DNA of 63,875 bases, counting the filler, from Octopus bimaculoides (taxonomy: Eukaryota): NCBI RefSeq assembly GCF_001194135.2. It is 6 parts of 6 records of this genome, joined end to end, with 100 filler letters (N's around TTAATTAATTAA, not from the genome) between each part and the next. Parts side by side here need not be neighbours in the genome. Positions count along the whole stretch, not along the records: positions 15,636 to 37,041 come from NC_068997.1; positions 37,142 to 43,806 come from NC_068984.1; 4 more parts are not named here. One strand, written 5' to 3'. Below, piece after piece: positions 23,953-38,233 of the stretch. Within the stretch, counting starts at the first letter, position 1, and each line of letters opens with the position of its first letter. A program made the translations under genes and the position numbers. The notes beneath the pieces are model-generated. The model saw only the letters and a program-made list of their open reading frames with translations. It made no database searches and was not told where the DNA came from.

Positions 23953-26900
23953 TATAATGAAGAAGAACGTCAACAAAGGAGAGAAAGGAAGCTAGGGGTG
24001 ATGAAGATTGTAAAATGGGTGTTTGGTAAACGGTTTTGAACCGCTGGCTATAATTGTCTGTAAAATACGAGGCGTTTCAAAACATCGTTTACTTGGTGTG
24101 ATCTCTACTTATGGTGAGAAGAAATTTAAATGTTAAAAACAAATACAGAAACACTCAAACATAAACAACGATAAAACACGCAAGGGAGAAGCGAAAAGAG
24201 AAAGAAAAAGAGGAGATAAAAAGACGAAAAATAAAAGAGAGGATAGTGAGGAAAAGACGGTGAGTTGGGGAATGAGGTTGAAGAGATTTTAATGGTTGGG
24301 GTTATTTCATCGGGTCTCTTTGGTCTAAGTATCAATTGTACTACAATAAGGTACTTAGCTGTGAAGGATTTAAAGATGATACGGGTGGGTGTGTAGAGGA
24401 GAGAAGAAAAACTGGCGAGGGAGAAAGATAATATAGAAAGAGTACAACAACGGAAAAAATAGATAAACGTGGGGGTGGTTACTATTAAAGAAGAAATAGC
24501 TGCTGAAATGTTTAAATAAATAAATAATTTAAAATTCTCGCCGAGTGTCTTTATGTTGTTATTGAAGATTTTAGCGTTGATATTTAATCTGATGATATTA
24601 TCGTGGATGGTTGAATGGCAGGATTGTTAGCTACTTAAGGCTTTATTGTAGATGTGTGTCTGTCATCCAAGACTTCAAATTCCACCGAAAAATTACATAG
24701 AGTAACAGTCAAGTACTAAACCTGAACAAAACGACTATGCTCACCCATAAAATACGCCCTTGTTACAAATTGATAAGTTATCTGCAACAATGGTGACCAA
24801 CACTGAATATGCTACAACTGAATGAAATCTGCGACACGATTTTAGTATTGATTTAAGATTTTTGTGTTTCTTCTTACAAATATTTTGTACTGCCCACAGG
24901 AATTACACGAACGTTAATATTTCAAAAATTACCCTCAACGTATAAAGTCTTCTGGAGACCCCAACAATCTTGATTCTATTTTCATATTTGGACATGACTT
25001 AATATAGAAGAAAATAAAATCCTCCGGGAAATGCCGTTTAACAAATCACGTTAGTGAACTTGCATTCATGGATGTTATAACGTTGACGATAAATACAACA
25101 CAAATGGAAATTATTCCAAAATAATTCGCTATGAAATTATTATGCCCATTCTTGTATATTCGAAGGTAGCTTACTGTTGCAGAGTGACTATGCATATTTA
25201 CATTCGTTACTATTAATTTAACCTGCTAAAGATCAAATTTTGTAGCATATAGATTAAATTTTCAGTTCTCTAAAAAATATTCACGGTAGTGTGATCACAT
25301 CTCATCTACCGTGCAACTCCAAGCTGAGGCCACAACTTAAACATCTTTCAGGTCTTATTACGGTATTTAGATTACTTATCTATCTTCTCCGTGTGCCTTC
25401 TCTTTACATACACATAGAAGAATAGTTACTATTTCATTTTCCGTTTCTCTAATCTCTTAGGTTAAAGACAAACACAGCAATAAGATAATATGTAGTACTT
25501 GTATCGGCTGCATAGGTATTACTTTAAAGTTAGTTCGTATCAATGTAGTCATATATTTGTAAAGCGTGAAAGAAAATACGCCTCAAGCATCTCTAAATAC
25601 ATTTGGATTCTGAAAGAATTTGAATACGTTTGTGTTGACAATTTAGTTATATATCAGTCAGGCTACACCAAACAGCACTAGAATTTTCTTTCAAATCTTT
25701 GCTACAGGCTCTTTTTAGGGGATACATTAAGAATATTATTTCAAGATAGTAACAGTTTGAATGAACGATTAAAGAAATAAAGTATGTGAGAGCATGCTTC
25801 AAAGTAAATATATCGAAATTATATCGGCAAATGATTTAAACAGCCAGCATCACAAAAATTGTAATAACAGGTATTTTTTCCTTACAAATTTCTATCCACA
25901 TTTAAATGCATTTTACATTCACGTTTAAAAACGCCTAAAAGCATTTACTGCTACATGGTATTTTCGTTGTATTGTTATGTTTTAAACACACGCAATGTTC
26001 CCATAAATATAAATGTTACGCTTTTGGATATACATATATATTTCATATACATAAATATTGGTTCATAAGGCTTCTATAGTTTTATATAATAAATTATTAT
26101 CCATATAGCGTTGATCATCACATCCACCCCTCCATTGTTCAAAGAACGGCAAATCATTTTCTAATATGTGTTATTTCATATCAACAAATAAGCTTTCGCT
26201 GTACCATTCAAACATATTATATTCTATGTTCATTATAAACCAAATTCGTTTTTTATGATATATTTTCCATAGATTCCCGAAGATCGGCAACGACGAACTC
26301 TGAGTAGGAAATTGTGAAGTTTCAGCTTGGCTTGCAATAAATTATATTATTAAACTTCCAGTATTGAATACTCTCTTTTCTTCACTCTTGTTTACTTTTA
26401 AGTATTTACATATACAAACACATAAATGTAAACTCATATACATACGTGTGTCTATGTACAAATATAGAAACATTGATACAGAAACACATGCATATAAGTG
26501 AAAAGATATAAACTTGCCATTAATAACTGAAACTCTAGGTTGATGTTCTCTGTTATATTTGTTTATATCACCTCAACAAAACCAACACCAACAACAGCAG
26601 CAACAGTAAAACACTACCGAGAAATATTTCCCCTCTCCTATCCTCTCCCATAAAATATGACATAAACCACAACCTAAGTAAAAACCATGATAATGCCTAA
26701 AACAGACAAACCAACAAACAAAGAAACAATGGAATATTCTACAAGATACTCCAAAATTCTTTAATCTTGTTATTTTTGTCAGTAAATATATATATTCCAG
26801 TCTAGATTCATTCATCACTGGAGCCATGCTGTTAAATTCAATTTCTTTCTTTGATTCTCATTTTCTCCTCTTATCGATATAATATCGCTGTTGTTTCTGC

Positions 26901-28348
26901 TTTTCTTACGTTCACTCGCCTTGTTTTATACTGCTACACATGTGTATGTATACGTGTATACATATCCATACATGTACATACACACACATATGCATACACA
27001 CACACACACAAACACATATATATATATATATGCGTATATGTATACATATGCATAAAAACACATAAGCATATATGTTAATATGCTTAATTTACATAGTTTA
27101 TATATACGTTTGCGTATACATATATGCATATATAAGTACTTATATATGTAAATGTGTGTATATAGACATATATGATATGCATTTGTTTGCATGTATATAT
27201 ACATATAGATATTTGCATAGTTATATCTGTATAGAGACTTATATGCTCATGTAATTATATTTATATGGATATATACATACACATCACATACAATTGCATG
27301 TATGTATATATGTGTATATGTCGGATATTAGTCGTAGTATATAACATTTATTGGTATAATATACACAAGTTTAAACCCACACACTCAAACAATCATACAC
27401 ATACATACGCGCGCTAACAGCACATCTCTTTCTCTCTCACTTTCTCTCTCTCTCTCTCTCTCTCTCACCATGTGTGTGTGTGTGTATGTGTATAGATGTG
27501 TATATGCGCGTATTTGTGACATGCGTAAGTGTGTATGTTGATGTGAATGAGTTGTGCAAACAATTTTTTTAAGGAGTGAGAATGTTCTCGGTCATGTTAT
27601 TGTTTCTCCATTCTTCTCTCTCTATATATCATTCTTACTACTTCTCCATCATCCTCTCTCTATCTTTCTCTTATTCTATGTATGCTAATGTATGACAGTT
27701 ATTATCTCTGCTGTCTATCTCATCCTCATTTTGTTTTTGTGCCCTAACGCGCAAGTCTGAATAAAAACCCCAGAAACGAAACAAACAAAAAAAGAAAACA
27801 ATATCACGTTCAATCATGAAATATTTTATGTCCAGTATGTAAAATACTATTTAAAATTAATATATTTATCTGTCACACAAGTGATATAAAATATAAATGA
27901 TGGGTATTTTTCTCCTCAGTGAAAACACGTACATAAGAAACTTGTCTAGAATTTTCTAAGCTTTTGGTTGTGTTTTTTTCTGTATACACGCATAATTTTG
28001 AAGACTCATAATTTCACACACACATACATACAAAAAATTAGAAAGAAAACACACACACACACACACATACACACACACAAGGAATTGTATTCTTGATTAT
28101 ATGAAAAATATAATTGTTAGCTATATTTCTTGTAAAGTTGACTGAATTCATGACCCCTCTCTTTACTCTAACACCTTGAACACCATCATCATCACTACCC
28201 AAGAAAATTAGACATTCGACCAACCAATCAACCAAAATTAGCGATTAGTTCTCTCTCCAACACATCTTACTGCTTTNNNNNNNNNNNNNNNNNNNNNNNN
28301 NNNNNNNNNNNNNNNNNNNNNNNNNNNNNNNNNNTCTGATAAAAATAA

Positions 28349-28423
<75 letters not shown>

Positions 28424-28966
28424 CTGGAAGCTATGCCAACACTATGGAATAACAACAGACAAAAAGATGGTATAAACACACGCCAGAAAAGGTCACAGAA
28501 AACGAGAAAGCAACTATACTCTGGGATATGCCAATACACACAGATAGAGAAATTAAGGCAAATAGACCAGATATAGTTGTCAAAGATCATGAAGGAAAAA
28601 AATGCTTTCTAATTGATGTATCAATACCAGCAGATGACTACGTTTCCCTAAAAGAAATGGAGAAACTTTCAAAATACAAAGACCTGGAAAGTGGAATCTA
28701 AAAATAGAAACAATTCCTATCATAGTAGGTGCCTTAAATATAATTAAAAAAAATATTCAGACAAATACATAACAAAAACACAAGGACTTACAAATATGTA
28801 TAACATACAGAAAATTGCACTACTGGGTACTGCACACATCCTACGCAAAACACTTTCAATACAGTAACCGTAACAGCATCACAGCAAACCACAGCACATA
28901 TCCAAGGCACACATAGTTGCACTCAGTAGTGAAGTGAAAGCACGTTATAAAAATAAAACTACTGAA
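28424..28966 (+). mobile_element. 5'-truncated R4/Dong-type non-LTR retrotransposon (restriction-like endonuclease domain and 3' UTR)
   Basis: Translation with frameshifts: WKLCQHYGI...WYKHTPEKVTENEKATILWDMPIHTDREIKANRPDIVVKDHEGKKCFLIDVSIP...KEMEKLSKYKDLE...IPIIVGAL...QKIALLGTAHILRKTLSIQ*. This contains the PD..D..K RLE signature. Stop at 28865-28867. Confidence 0.88.
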
Positions 28967-28970
28967 CAAC

Positions 28971-29019
<49 letters not shown>

Positions 29020-29023
<4 letters not shown>

Positions 29024-29195
29024 TAATAACAAGACCACTCAGACAGCGGAGCTCCGCAAGAGCAACACTAACGTCGTCTCAATGATTAGCCGGTGGTGAT
29101 TTTTAAAACGAGAATATCTGAAATAATCTCGAATGCTCTCTAAAACGAGAATACTAAAAATGAACTCGACTGCTGTCAAATATTAAGTAAAAAAA
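29020..29195. repeat. Probable non-autonomous element end with two ~38-nt internal direct subrepeats
   Basis: TAAAACGAGAATA....AAA..A.CTCGA.TGCT.TC occurs twice; 12-bp palindrome GCGGAGCTCCGC nearby. Family not established. Confidence 0.35.
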
Positions 29196-29392
29196 AAAAA
29201 AAAAAGGAAAAATAATCCACACTAAGAAACACACACACACACACACCTATATGTGTGTAGGCGTTCATCTCGACGGAAGGATGGCTGCCATACCTGAACA
29301 CTGAACGCACAAAGAGTTCCCGTTTTTAATCCGATGAGTTAAGTGTTCGACAGATATCCGTTGATATTTAGCACGAAGGCGATGGAGTTTAA

Positions 29393-29622
29393 GGCAGCGA
29401 TCTCTCAGAATCGTTAGCACGCCGGGCGAAATGCTTAGCGGTATTTCATCTGTCGCTACATTCTGAGTTCAAATTCCACCGAGGTCGATTTTGTCTTTCA
29501 TCCTTTCGGGGACGATTAAATAAGTACCAGTTACGCACTGGGGTCGATGTAATCGACTTAATCCCTTTGTCTATCCTTGTTTGTCCCCATTATGTTTAGC
29601 TCCTTGTAGGCAATAAAGAAAT
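29393..29622 (+). mobile_element. SINE family A monomer with 'A1' tail and a 28-bp degenerate TSD
   Basis: Tail TTTGTC..CCTTGTTTGTCCCC...GCAATAAAGAAAT. Flanking direct repeat at 29364-29391 and 29625-29652 (24/28 identical). Confidence 0.9.
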
Positions 29623-29702
29623 ACATATTTAACGCGAAAGCGATGGAGATTACGAAGAATTTTAATTGAAGTTCCCAAAAATGACTGCAAACCAGTAAAA
29701 GA

Positions 29703-29756
<54 letters not shown>

Positions 29757-31293
29757 AAGAATGAGACTAAACAATTTTGTGGGAGAGAATTCACACTAGC
29801 TCAGCAGTCAATACCAGACTACTAATTGTGACAATTTTTTAACGGACGTATAAACACTTCGCTTTCGAGTTGGTTTTGCGTTTTTTTTTTTTACATTAAT
29901 AAAATGCCAATTAAACGAAAATAATCACCTCTGTAATACTAGCTTTTTATGTTCAGATAGTTTCCCGAAATCATGCGATAAATATAACTTAGTGGAAGCC
30001 CTAGTGGTTATATTTCAATATTTATTATAGGAAAATTCTAGTACGCAGTAGCTGTAAAATATATTAGAATATATTGCCTACATAACAAGAAAATATCAAT
30101 CTGAACACATAAATTTATACTAAATTTCACCCATGTTTTAACAAATATTTTCTTTTCTAGTATATAGTATGTAAAATTAAAATTACATANNNNNNNNNNN
30201 NNNNNNNNNNNNNNNNNNNNNNNNNNNNNNNNNNNNNNNNNNNNNNNNNNNNNNNNNNNNNNNNNNNNNNNNNNNNNNNNNNNNNNNNNNNNNNNNNNNN
30301 NNNNNNNNNNNNNNNNNNNNNNNNNNNNNNNNNNNNNNNNNNNNNNNNNNNNNNNNNNNNNNNNNNNNNNNNNNNNNNNNNNNNNNNNNNNNNNNNNNNN
30401 NNNNNNNNNNNNNNNNNNNNNNNNNNNNNNNNNNNNNNNNNNNNNNNNNNNNNNNNNNNNNNNNNNNNNNNNNNNNNNNNNNNNNNNNNNNNNNNNNNNN
30501 NNNNNNNNNNNNNNNNNNNNNNNNNNNNNNNNNNNNNNNNNNNNNNNNNNNNNNNNNNNNNNNNNNNNNNNNNNNNNNNNNNNNNNNNNNNNNNNNNNNN
30601 NNNNNNNNNNNNNNNNNNNNNNNNNNNNNNNNNNNNNNNNNNNNNNNNNNNNNNNNNNNNNNNNNNNNNNNNNNNNNNNNNNNATATATATATATATATA
30701 TATATATAAACATATATGTGTGTATATTTATATATGTGTGTGTGTGTATAAATACATTTATGCATGCACACATATGTATGGAAATATGTATGCTTGCATG
30801 TATGTGGATCTACATAGAAAGAAACACACACAGTTAGATAAACTCATTACTTAAAAGGAAAGCAGATGCAAAAACATGAATACACAGGGATACATAAATA
30901 TAAAATGCGCTAAATAATAAATATCAATATAGTTATGCGTGTGTGTATATACGTACACATACACACATACATATATACATATATATATATGTATATACTT
31001 GTCTATCTATCTATCTATGTATATATATTTAGTCAATTCAAATATACAAGTAATTCAAATAAACGAATAAAAAGACGAATATAAACGACGGTGGGGACAA
31101 CAAATGTATTAGCTTGACGTTCGGTGAAAGGAGAGAGTTTAATGTTTCGAGCATAGCTCTTCGTCGGAAGAGAGAGAGAGAGGGAAAGTCCAAAGAAGGA
31201 AACAAAATAATTGCTAACGGCATGCGTGTAATTACATTGTTGAATGCATGTATGTATGTCTCCATGTATGTATGCATGAATGTACGTATGTTA

Positions 31294-31403
31294 TTATTCA
31301 GGTTATTTCAAGATTTCTTGCCAACAGAAAAAGGAACGGTTTCTAACCTAGATCCAAGGCTCCTTCATCGGAATTTCAACAGCAACAACAGGGTATTTTT
31401 GTT
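31294..31403 (+). repeat. Family D, copy 2
   Basis: Matches 7480-7590. Confidence 0.85.
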
Positions 31404-31616
31404 TGTATGTATGTATGTATGTATGTGCAGATTTGCATGTTTTATACATGTATTCTCATACATATAGTTGCATAGCTAGACATGCTCATGTATATTTAAA
31501 TGATAAATTTCTGGAAAGTTTTACAGATTTTTACAGTTCCAGTAATGGATTGGATCTGTAGTTTGTATGTATGTATGTATGTATGTATGTATGTATGCAT
31601 GCATGTATGAATGTAT

Positions 31617-31891
31617 GTAAAGACAGAAGAAATACCGCTAAGCATTTCTCCCGGCGTGCTAACGTTTCTGATTTCTTTATTGTCCACAAGGGGCTAAACA
31701 TAGAGGGGACAAACAAGGACAGACGAAGGAATTAAGTCGAGTACAGTGCGTAACTGGTACTTAATTTATCCACTCCGAAAGGATGAAAAGTAAAGTCGAC
31801 CTCGGCGAAATTTGAACTCAGAACATAAAGACAGACGAAATACTGCTAAGCATTTCGCCCGGCGTGCAAACGTTTCTGCCAGCTCGCCGCC
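31617..31891 (-). mobile_element. SINE family A dimer (A1 monomer plus truncated second monomer)
   Basis: Minus-strand junction AATAAAGAAAT|CAGAAACGTTAGCAC at 31671/31670. Confidence 0.88.
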
Positions 31892-32032
31892 TTAATGTAA
31901 ATGACAATAATAATTTAGAGAAGGTGGGGGCGGGGCTATGGATTCCCTATTGGTTTCCTCGGCGTAGATGTTACTGGTAGACCAACTGAACTATATACTC
32001 GTTAAATTAACGTGCAAGTGATCGTGCATTCC

Positions 32033-32254
32033 ACAGGAGGACGTACTGAAAATTTTCTGTCCTGAAGGGTATCACGAAAGGCCTATGTGGAGGTCCAAAC
32101 TACTGTGTTCTTTTACTGGGCTTAAAAAAACTAAAGGAGCGCTGCAATAAGTGTGTGAATCTGAGAGGGGAATATGTTGAATAGAATCATAATTAACTGA
32201 TTCTCCTGTATTTTCTTTTACCTAAAGTCAGGAAAATTTCAGCACCCCATCGTA
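32033..32254 (+). mobile_element. Mariner-derived MITE (internal deletion derivative)
   Basis: Imperfect TIRs (GAGGACGTACTGAAAATTTTCTG and CAGGAAAATTTCAGCACCCCATCGTA) enclose GLKKLKERCNKCVNLRGEYVE*, the mariner C-terminal GI.KL..RW.KC....GDYVE motif. Confidence 0.75.
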
Positions 32255-34141
32255 TATCTCAAGAAGAATCAGCGTGTCAATGAATTACGCGAATGAACCT
32301 TTGAATTACAGTTAAGTATAATCGAAGGGCGTCTTTATATGGTTCTCTATTCAGTTTTGCTTACAACGGATTCCGTGAGGCGAATCTGTTGCAAAAAGCA
32401 TTTTCTCTAAATGCTGTCAGACAGTGGTGCAATTAAAAGGGCAGAAACAGCGTATAAGCAGCTAATATGAGAAAATACAAGTCAGGCTCCATATTTGTAA
32501 TGGCGTAACTCAGAAACGACGAAATCGTGCGCCACAAATTTAAAGATAATAATTTTTATGACGAACTTAGTAAATAAAAAAAAATAAATAAAATAAATGA
32601 AAGTAAGTATGTTTTCTATGTATCGTTTTCTTATTCCGAATTTCAATTTCAAACTTCTAATTTCGCCGAATGTAGGGAACATAACATGACTATAATGTAA
32701 GACTTTTGAAAATTTAAGTTAATACTTCGGCGTCTTGAATAACTTGTTATTCATAACATTTCCGCATAAAAGTACCGTTATTTATACGGAGTAAAGAATT
32801 GTAATTTCTTCAATATTTTCTCTTATGAAACAAAATTTTAAGAAATTGCATTGTGAAGCAACCAGTATTAGATTGGTTGCTCATCAGTACTCCATGACAT
32901 GAAAAAGAACGAGAGCTAATGGTTGAAGCAATTGTATATCTGATAACTGTTAGCCAGGTTTTTTCATTTGAAGTGGTAATTTTCATTTTCTTTCTTGCCT
33001 AATTGATGCTTAAATGCCTAAAATTCATTCTTATTTTTTCTTCAAGAAGTTATTACGGTTTATTTTACTGTATATTTATAGTGTTTGTTTACGTTAGCAA
33101 TTTAATTTCGATGGACCTAACTGTTCTTATCAACTGTCCATTTACTGTATGTTTAATATTATCGTTACATCTATAATTTCATATATATATATATAAAAAA
33201 GCGTCGTTTTTGCTGATATTTTGACGTTTTACTTTGTGCAAAATTCCCTTAAAGCAATAAAATATTTCATTGTGGGCAGCGTTACTTTTTTAATATTGCA
33301 CACTGTTATGCAACATGTTAGACAATCTACAGGCACTTAAAGGCGATGTGAAGACCTAAAATGGAATATTTATTATATATAGATAGATACATACATACAC
33401 ACATGCCTAACTTTACCCTCCCCCGGTTTAGCCCTGAAGCCGAAATGGTTTACCGGAGTGCGATTTTCCTTGCATGTAAACAGCTAGTTAAGAGTCACAG
33501 CTGAGAGTCAGGTGCCAAGTAGAGACCAAAGAGAACGAACCAACCCTAAAAATTCGACGTATTCCAATGTCAAAGGTGTTACTCCTTCCTGACAAATTGT
33601 ACATCTCGCATACATACATTCCTGTAGCGCCAACTTCCACTGGTCACACAAGAGTTCACGTCTTAAGTAAACGAGTTCAGTCTCGCGCCTTTATGCTGAA
33701 TTATTATATAAGAACCCAATCACTGGAATTGATTCTCCAGTGGTGCTCACTGTCGGCAGCAATTGGATTGGACTTTGTGAGAAAACATCCGAATACGGAA
33801 AGCATTGTCAATGTTTGCACACGATACTCTAAGTGTTGCTTCATTCATTGGACATAGAGTAAACCAGATTTATTTTTACACATTTGTATTTCACTCCCAT
33901 TTATGTATAAGTGTATAAATAAATATCTAACTAGTCACAAAATATCTCGCCTCTTCACATCCAAAATTTATGTATTATGAGATTCACACTGATAAGAGAC
34001 GAGATCCTTTATCGACATTTGAATCAGAAAACGGTAAACATTTCACAAAGAATCCGCTTTCAGAGCTACAGGAACTATGTCCTAGGTCAAACTCTCTGAT
34101 ATATTATTCAAACTACTGAAATATACCATACACACATACAT

Positions 34142-34189
<48 letters not shown>

Positions 34190-34896
34190 GTACACACACA
34201 TGCGCACGTACACAAACAAACCCATATATAAATTTATATATATATAAATATATGTAAGTAACGCAGCATTTGCTTCACATTATCTACATATAATTTTCTA
34301 TATCTAGATAAAATCGTTGATGTTGACTCTAAGTCTGGTGTATAACATGATTGATTTTCTGTTCAATTTATCACNNNNNNNNNNTTTTTTTTTTTTTTGG
34401 TATTTGTTTTTATTTCTTATTAAATGAATAATTGAAATAAAATAATGAAAACTCAATTTCATGCATTTCTCATGGCACCAATCAAATTATATTCGACTAT
34501 CATGGATAGAAGTGGATGTCCTGAAAGATCTATGTCTGTCCTTGTTTTTCTCACTCTGGCACTCCCTCCCTCCCAACCTCCTGCCATCCACCTCCCTCCC
34601 TCCCTCCTTATTACACACTCACACATCTATCGAACACTGAAATATTCACGCACACGCGTGCACACAGGCATACATACTCACAAACACACACACACACACA
34701 CACACATACTTAACACATAATATCATAAGAGTATTTATTTTTCCGTAGGCACAACTACAGATATCTGTGTAGGTAAGCACATATATACAATGTCTATATA
34801 TGTATTGTGCCCATGCATATACGCATATATATGTGTGTGTGTATGAGTGTATGCGCGTATAAGCGCAATGTGTACACACACATATATATATATTTA

Positions 34897-34956
<60 letters not shown>

Positions 34957-34966
34957 NNNNNNNNNN

Positions 34967-35010
<44 letters not shown>

Positions 35011-36373
35011 TGTCTGTATGTCTCCTGTCTGTATGTATTCCTGTATCTTGGTATATCTATATCTCTGTCTGTCTGTCTCTCTCTCTCTCTCTTTCTCTCT
35101 CTGTCGCTCTCTAAAATTCTCGTATCTTTCCGTAATCCATCCTCCGTCTTTCATTTACCATATACACGCCACCTCATGCACTTACGCATATAAAAATTTA
35201 CATATACGTTTGTATGAATGTATAAAAAGTTAAATATGTATACATGCAGAGTGTGATACGCTACATATTAAATGCAATTATGTATAGAATACCAACGTAT
35301 AATATATACTCATATGGTACATACTGCCAAAGTTAATGAACATTTTGTTTTGCTGCAATGAATATGCGACCCCGTTATTTACAATTGTTAGTATCAACAT
35401 TTTTTTCAGTTACGCGTTTAAGTTACTCCAACACTTTTTGTTCAGAAATGTTGTGTATACGTTTTTTCCATGTAATTTCTGTTATAACTGTTCGGCTATT
35501 CTTCGATGATGAAGTCCATCAAGAGCGAATTATGCACACTCCTACTACTAAAGAGCAAATTCTCCCCTGGTGCATTCTTATATTAATGAATTCTAATTAA
35601 TTAGACTCTCGTTATTATCTCCCTTACATTATTTATTAGATTCAGCCATTACGGTAATGATTATTCGAATCACGAAATGTATAATGTGAATTAATTTGAG
35701 AGTTGCAGACGAACTAGATTTTGTACGTTCGTTCCGACCGTTTTTTTAAATTCATTTTTATTAGAGTTCGTGTTCCTAGATATCTGCGTGTTTTATTATA
35801 TATGTGCAGGATAAAATGCACTGACAAGCATTCGTGTGTGTCTATGTATATCTATATATGTATGTGTGTGCTTGTATGTATATGTGTNNNNNNNNNNNNN
35901 NNNNNNNNNNNNNNNNNNNNNNNNNNNNNNNNNNNNNNNNNNNNNNNNNNNNNNNNNNNNNNNNNNNNNNNNNNNNNNNNNNNNNNNNNNNNNNNNNNNN
36001 NNNNNNNNNNNNNNNNNNNNNNNNNNNNNNNNNNNNNNNNNNNNNNNNNNNNNNNNNNNNNNNNNNNNNNNNNNNNNNNNNNNNNNNNNNNNNNNNNNNN
36101 NNNNNNNNNNNNNNNNNNNNNNNNNNNNNNNNNNNNNNNNNNNNNNNNNNNNNNNNNNNNNNNNNNNNNNNNNNNNNNNNNNNNNNNNNNNNNNNNNNNN
36201 NNNNNNNNNNNNNNNNNNNNNNNNNNNNNNNNNNTATGTATATATACATATATACACATACATATATATGTGTACATACATACATATATAAATGTAAATG
36301 TGAGTATGTGTTGATACCGATATTAATGAAGTTGAGTCTGTCTCTGTCTGTCTGTCTCTTTATCTAAATATTT

Positions 36374-36404
<31 letters not shown>

Positions 36405-36518
36405 GACACTCACATGCACAAACACAAGCATGCAATCTAAAGTTTCGTAGGTCCTTGCGAGAAGTTTACTAGTCTTTAAGTTGCGTGGGAACAAATCAAA
36501 CTGTTTTATATAATGACA

Positions 36519-36715
36519 TGCGTGTTCTGATCAATAAGTGCCCGGACTGTTGCCATCGTAACAATGCTACAGCAAGGAGAGTAAAGTCTCTTGGCACAAA
36601 CTGATCTTGATCTCAGCTGTACATGTGCTCGAATTTGTAACGCTCAAGCTCTCTTTCGCTATTTACAGCAGTGCTTGGAATGAAGGTGTGTAGCGTGTGA
36701 ATGTCTTATTGAGCG
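36519..36715 (+). mobile_element. Mariner-like element 5' end
   Basis: CTGATCAATAAGTGCCCGGACTGTTGCCAT resembles mariner left termini (recalled, not database-checked). Confidence 0.5.
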
Positions 36716-38062
36716 TAACTTTCTTTTCTTTTTTTTTTTTACTGATTGCGGTTGGAATCGAAAAAGTCAGTATTGTACTGATGAAGCCTATTGTGGCAGA
36801 AATATGATTTCACTTATCTCCCTTCACCCCCCCAAAAAAGATCGCCTAGTTCCTAGAGATTATCTCTCGGGTTTTATTTCGAATCTACAGTAATTGCTGC
36901 TAGATACTGTTTAACTTGTCTTGAGAATAAATTCAATAAACCAAACAATTTTTCTTGTATGATATTTAGTTAACGTCTTTCATTTTTCCTAGACACACAT
37001 ACACACCCACACTCACATATTCTATATATGGTATATATATANNNNNNNNNNNNNNNNNNNNNNNNNNNNNNNNNNNNNNNNNNNNTTAATTAATTAANNN
37101 NNNNNNNNNNNNNNNNNNNNNNNNNNNNNNNNNNNNNNNNNTATATATATATATATATATATGTATATGTATGTATGTATGTATATATATATACACTCAT
37201 ACACACACGCACATACTTAATTCTTCATGTGTGTTGTGTATTCCCTTTTCGACTAATTTGATTTCTTTTACATCCTACTACACATGGCACAAAGACAAAA
37301 TGAATCCAGTTGTTTCGCCTGCTAGAAATTATGTTAGGTCTCTTCACAAATTTCATGTCAGCATCCAATAAATGTGTACGATAACCGAGTCCTGGATATA
37401 TATAAATAGAGAAGACATCATGTTCGCAGTAGGAACGCTGGTTGGACAACAGAAATTCGACATAAAACACCAAGTTGATAAAGAAATCGTGTTGGCAATC
37501 AAACACTCCGGCTTTCAGGACTTATTTTTTCGGTTTAGTTCATTAAAGCGTATTGTAGCCAAGTCATGAGATTTTCAACTTAATTTTGTGTCTCTTTACT
37601 GTCTCTTTGCCAATAAGCAAAATTAATTATGGTGCTCTCGATATATTAAATTCAATTTCCTAAATGATGTTTATAGCAAGTACGTACACAAACTTACGTG
37701 CATACACAAACTTACATACATATACATACCCAGATACAAACTCAGTCTTTTAATAGTTTAGTGATTTTAACCATATCGACACCTGTATATAATTAAGACT
37801 GTTATTGTATTGTTAAATTAAAACTTTTACAAAAGACAAAAGTCTACGGACCGATTTTCATGCTACACGCACACACACGTGCTCGTGCGAGCATAGACGA
37901 ATATGCATGTAAGTATGCTCTCAATTTGTTCTAACTTTGTTCTATTTTGCTTATGACAATCGAATTAGTTCGAATTATGTGTCCATTACTCCAATAGAGG
38001 GCTTTGAGAGAGAATCTTTTCGACATGACAAAGAGTAGCCAAAGGCCTTTAACGGATTCAAA

Positions 38063-38233
<171 letters not shown>

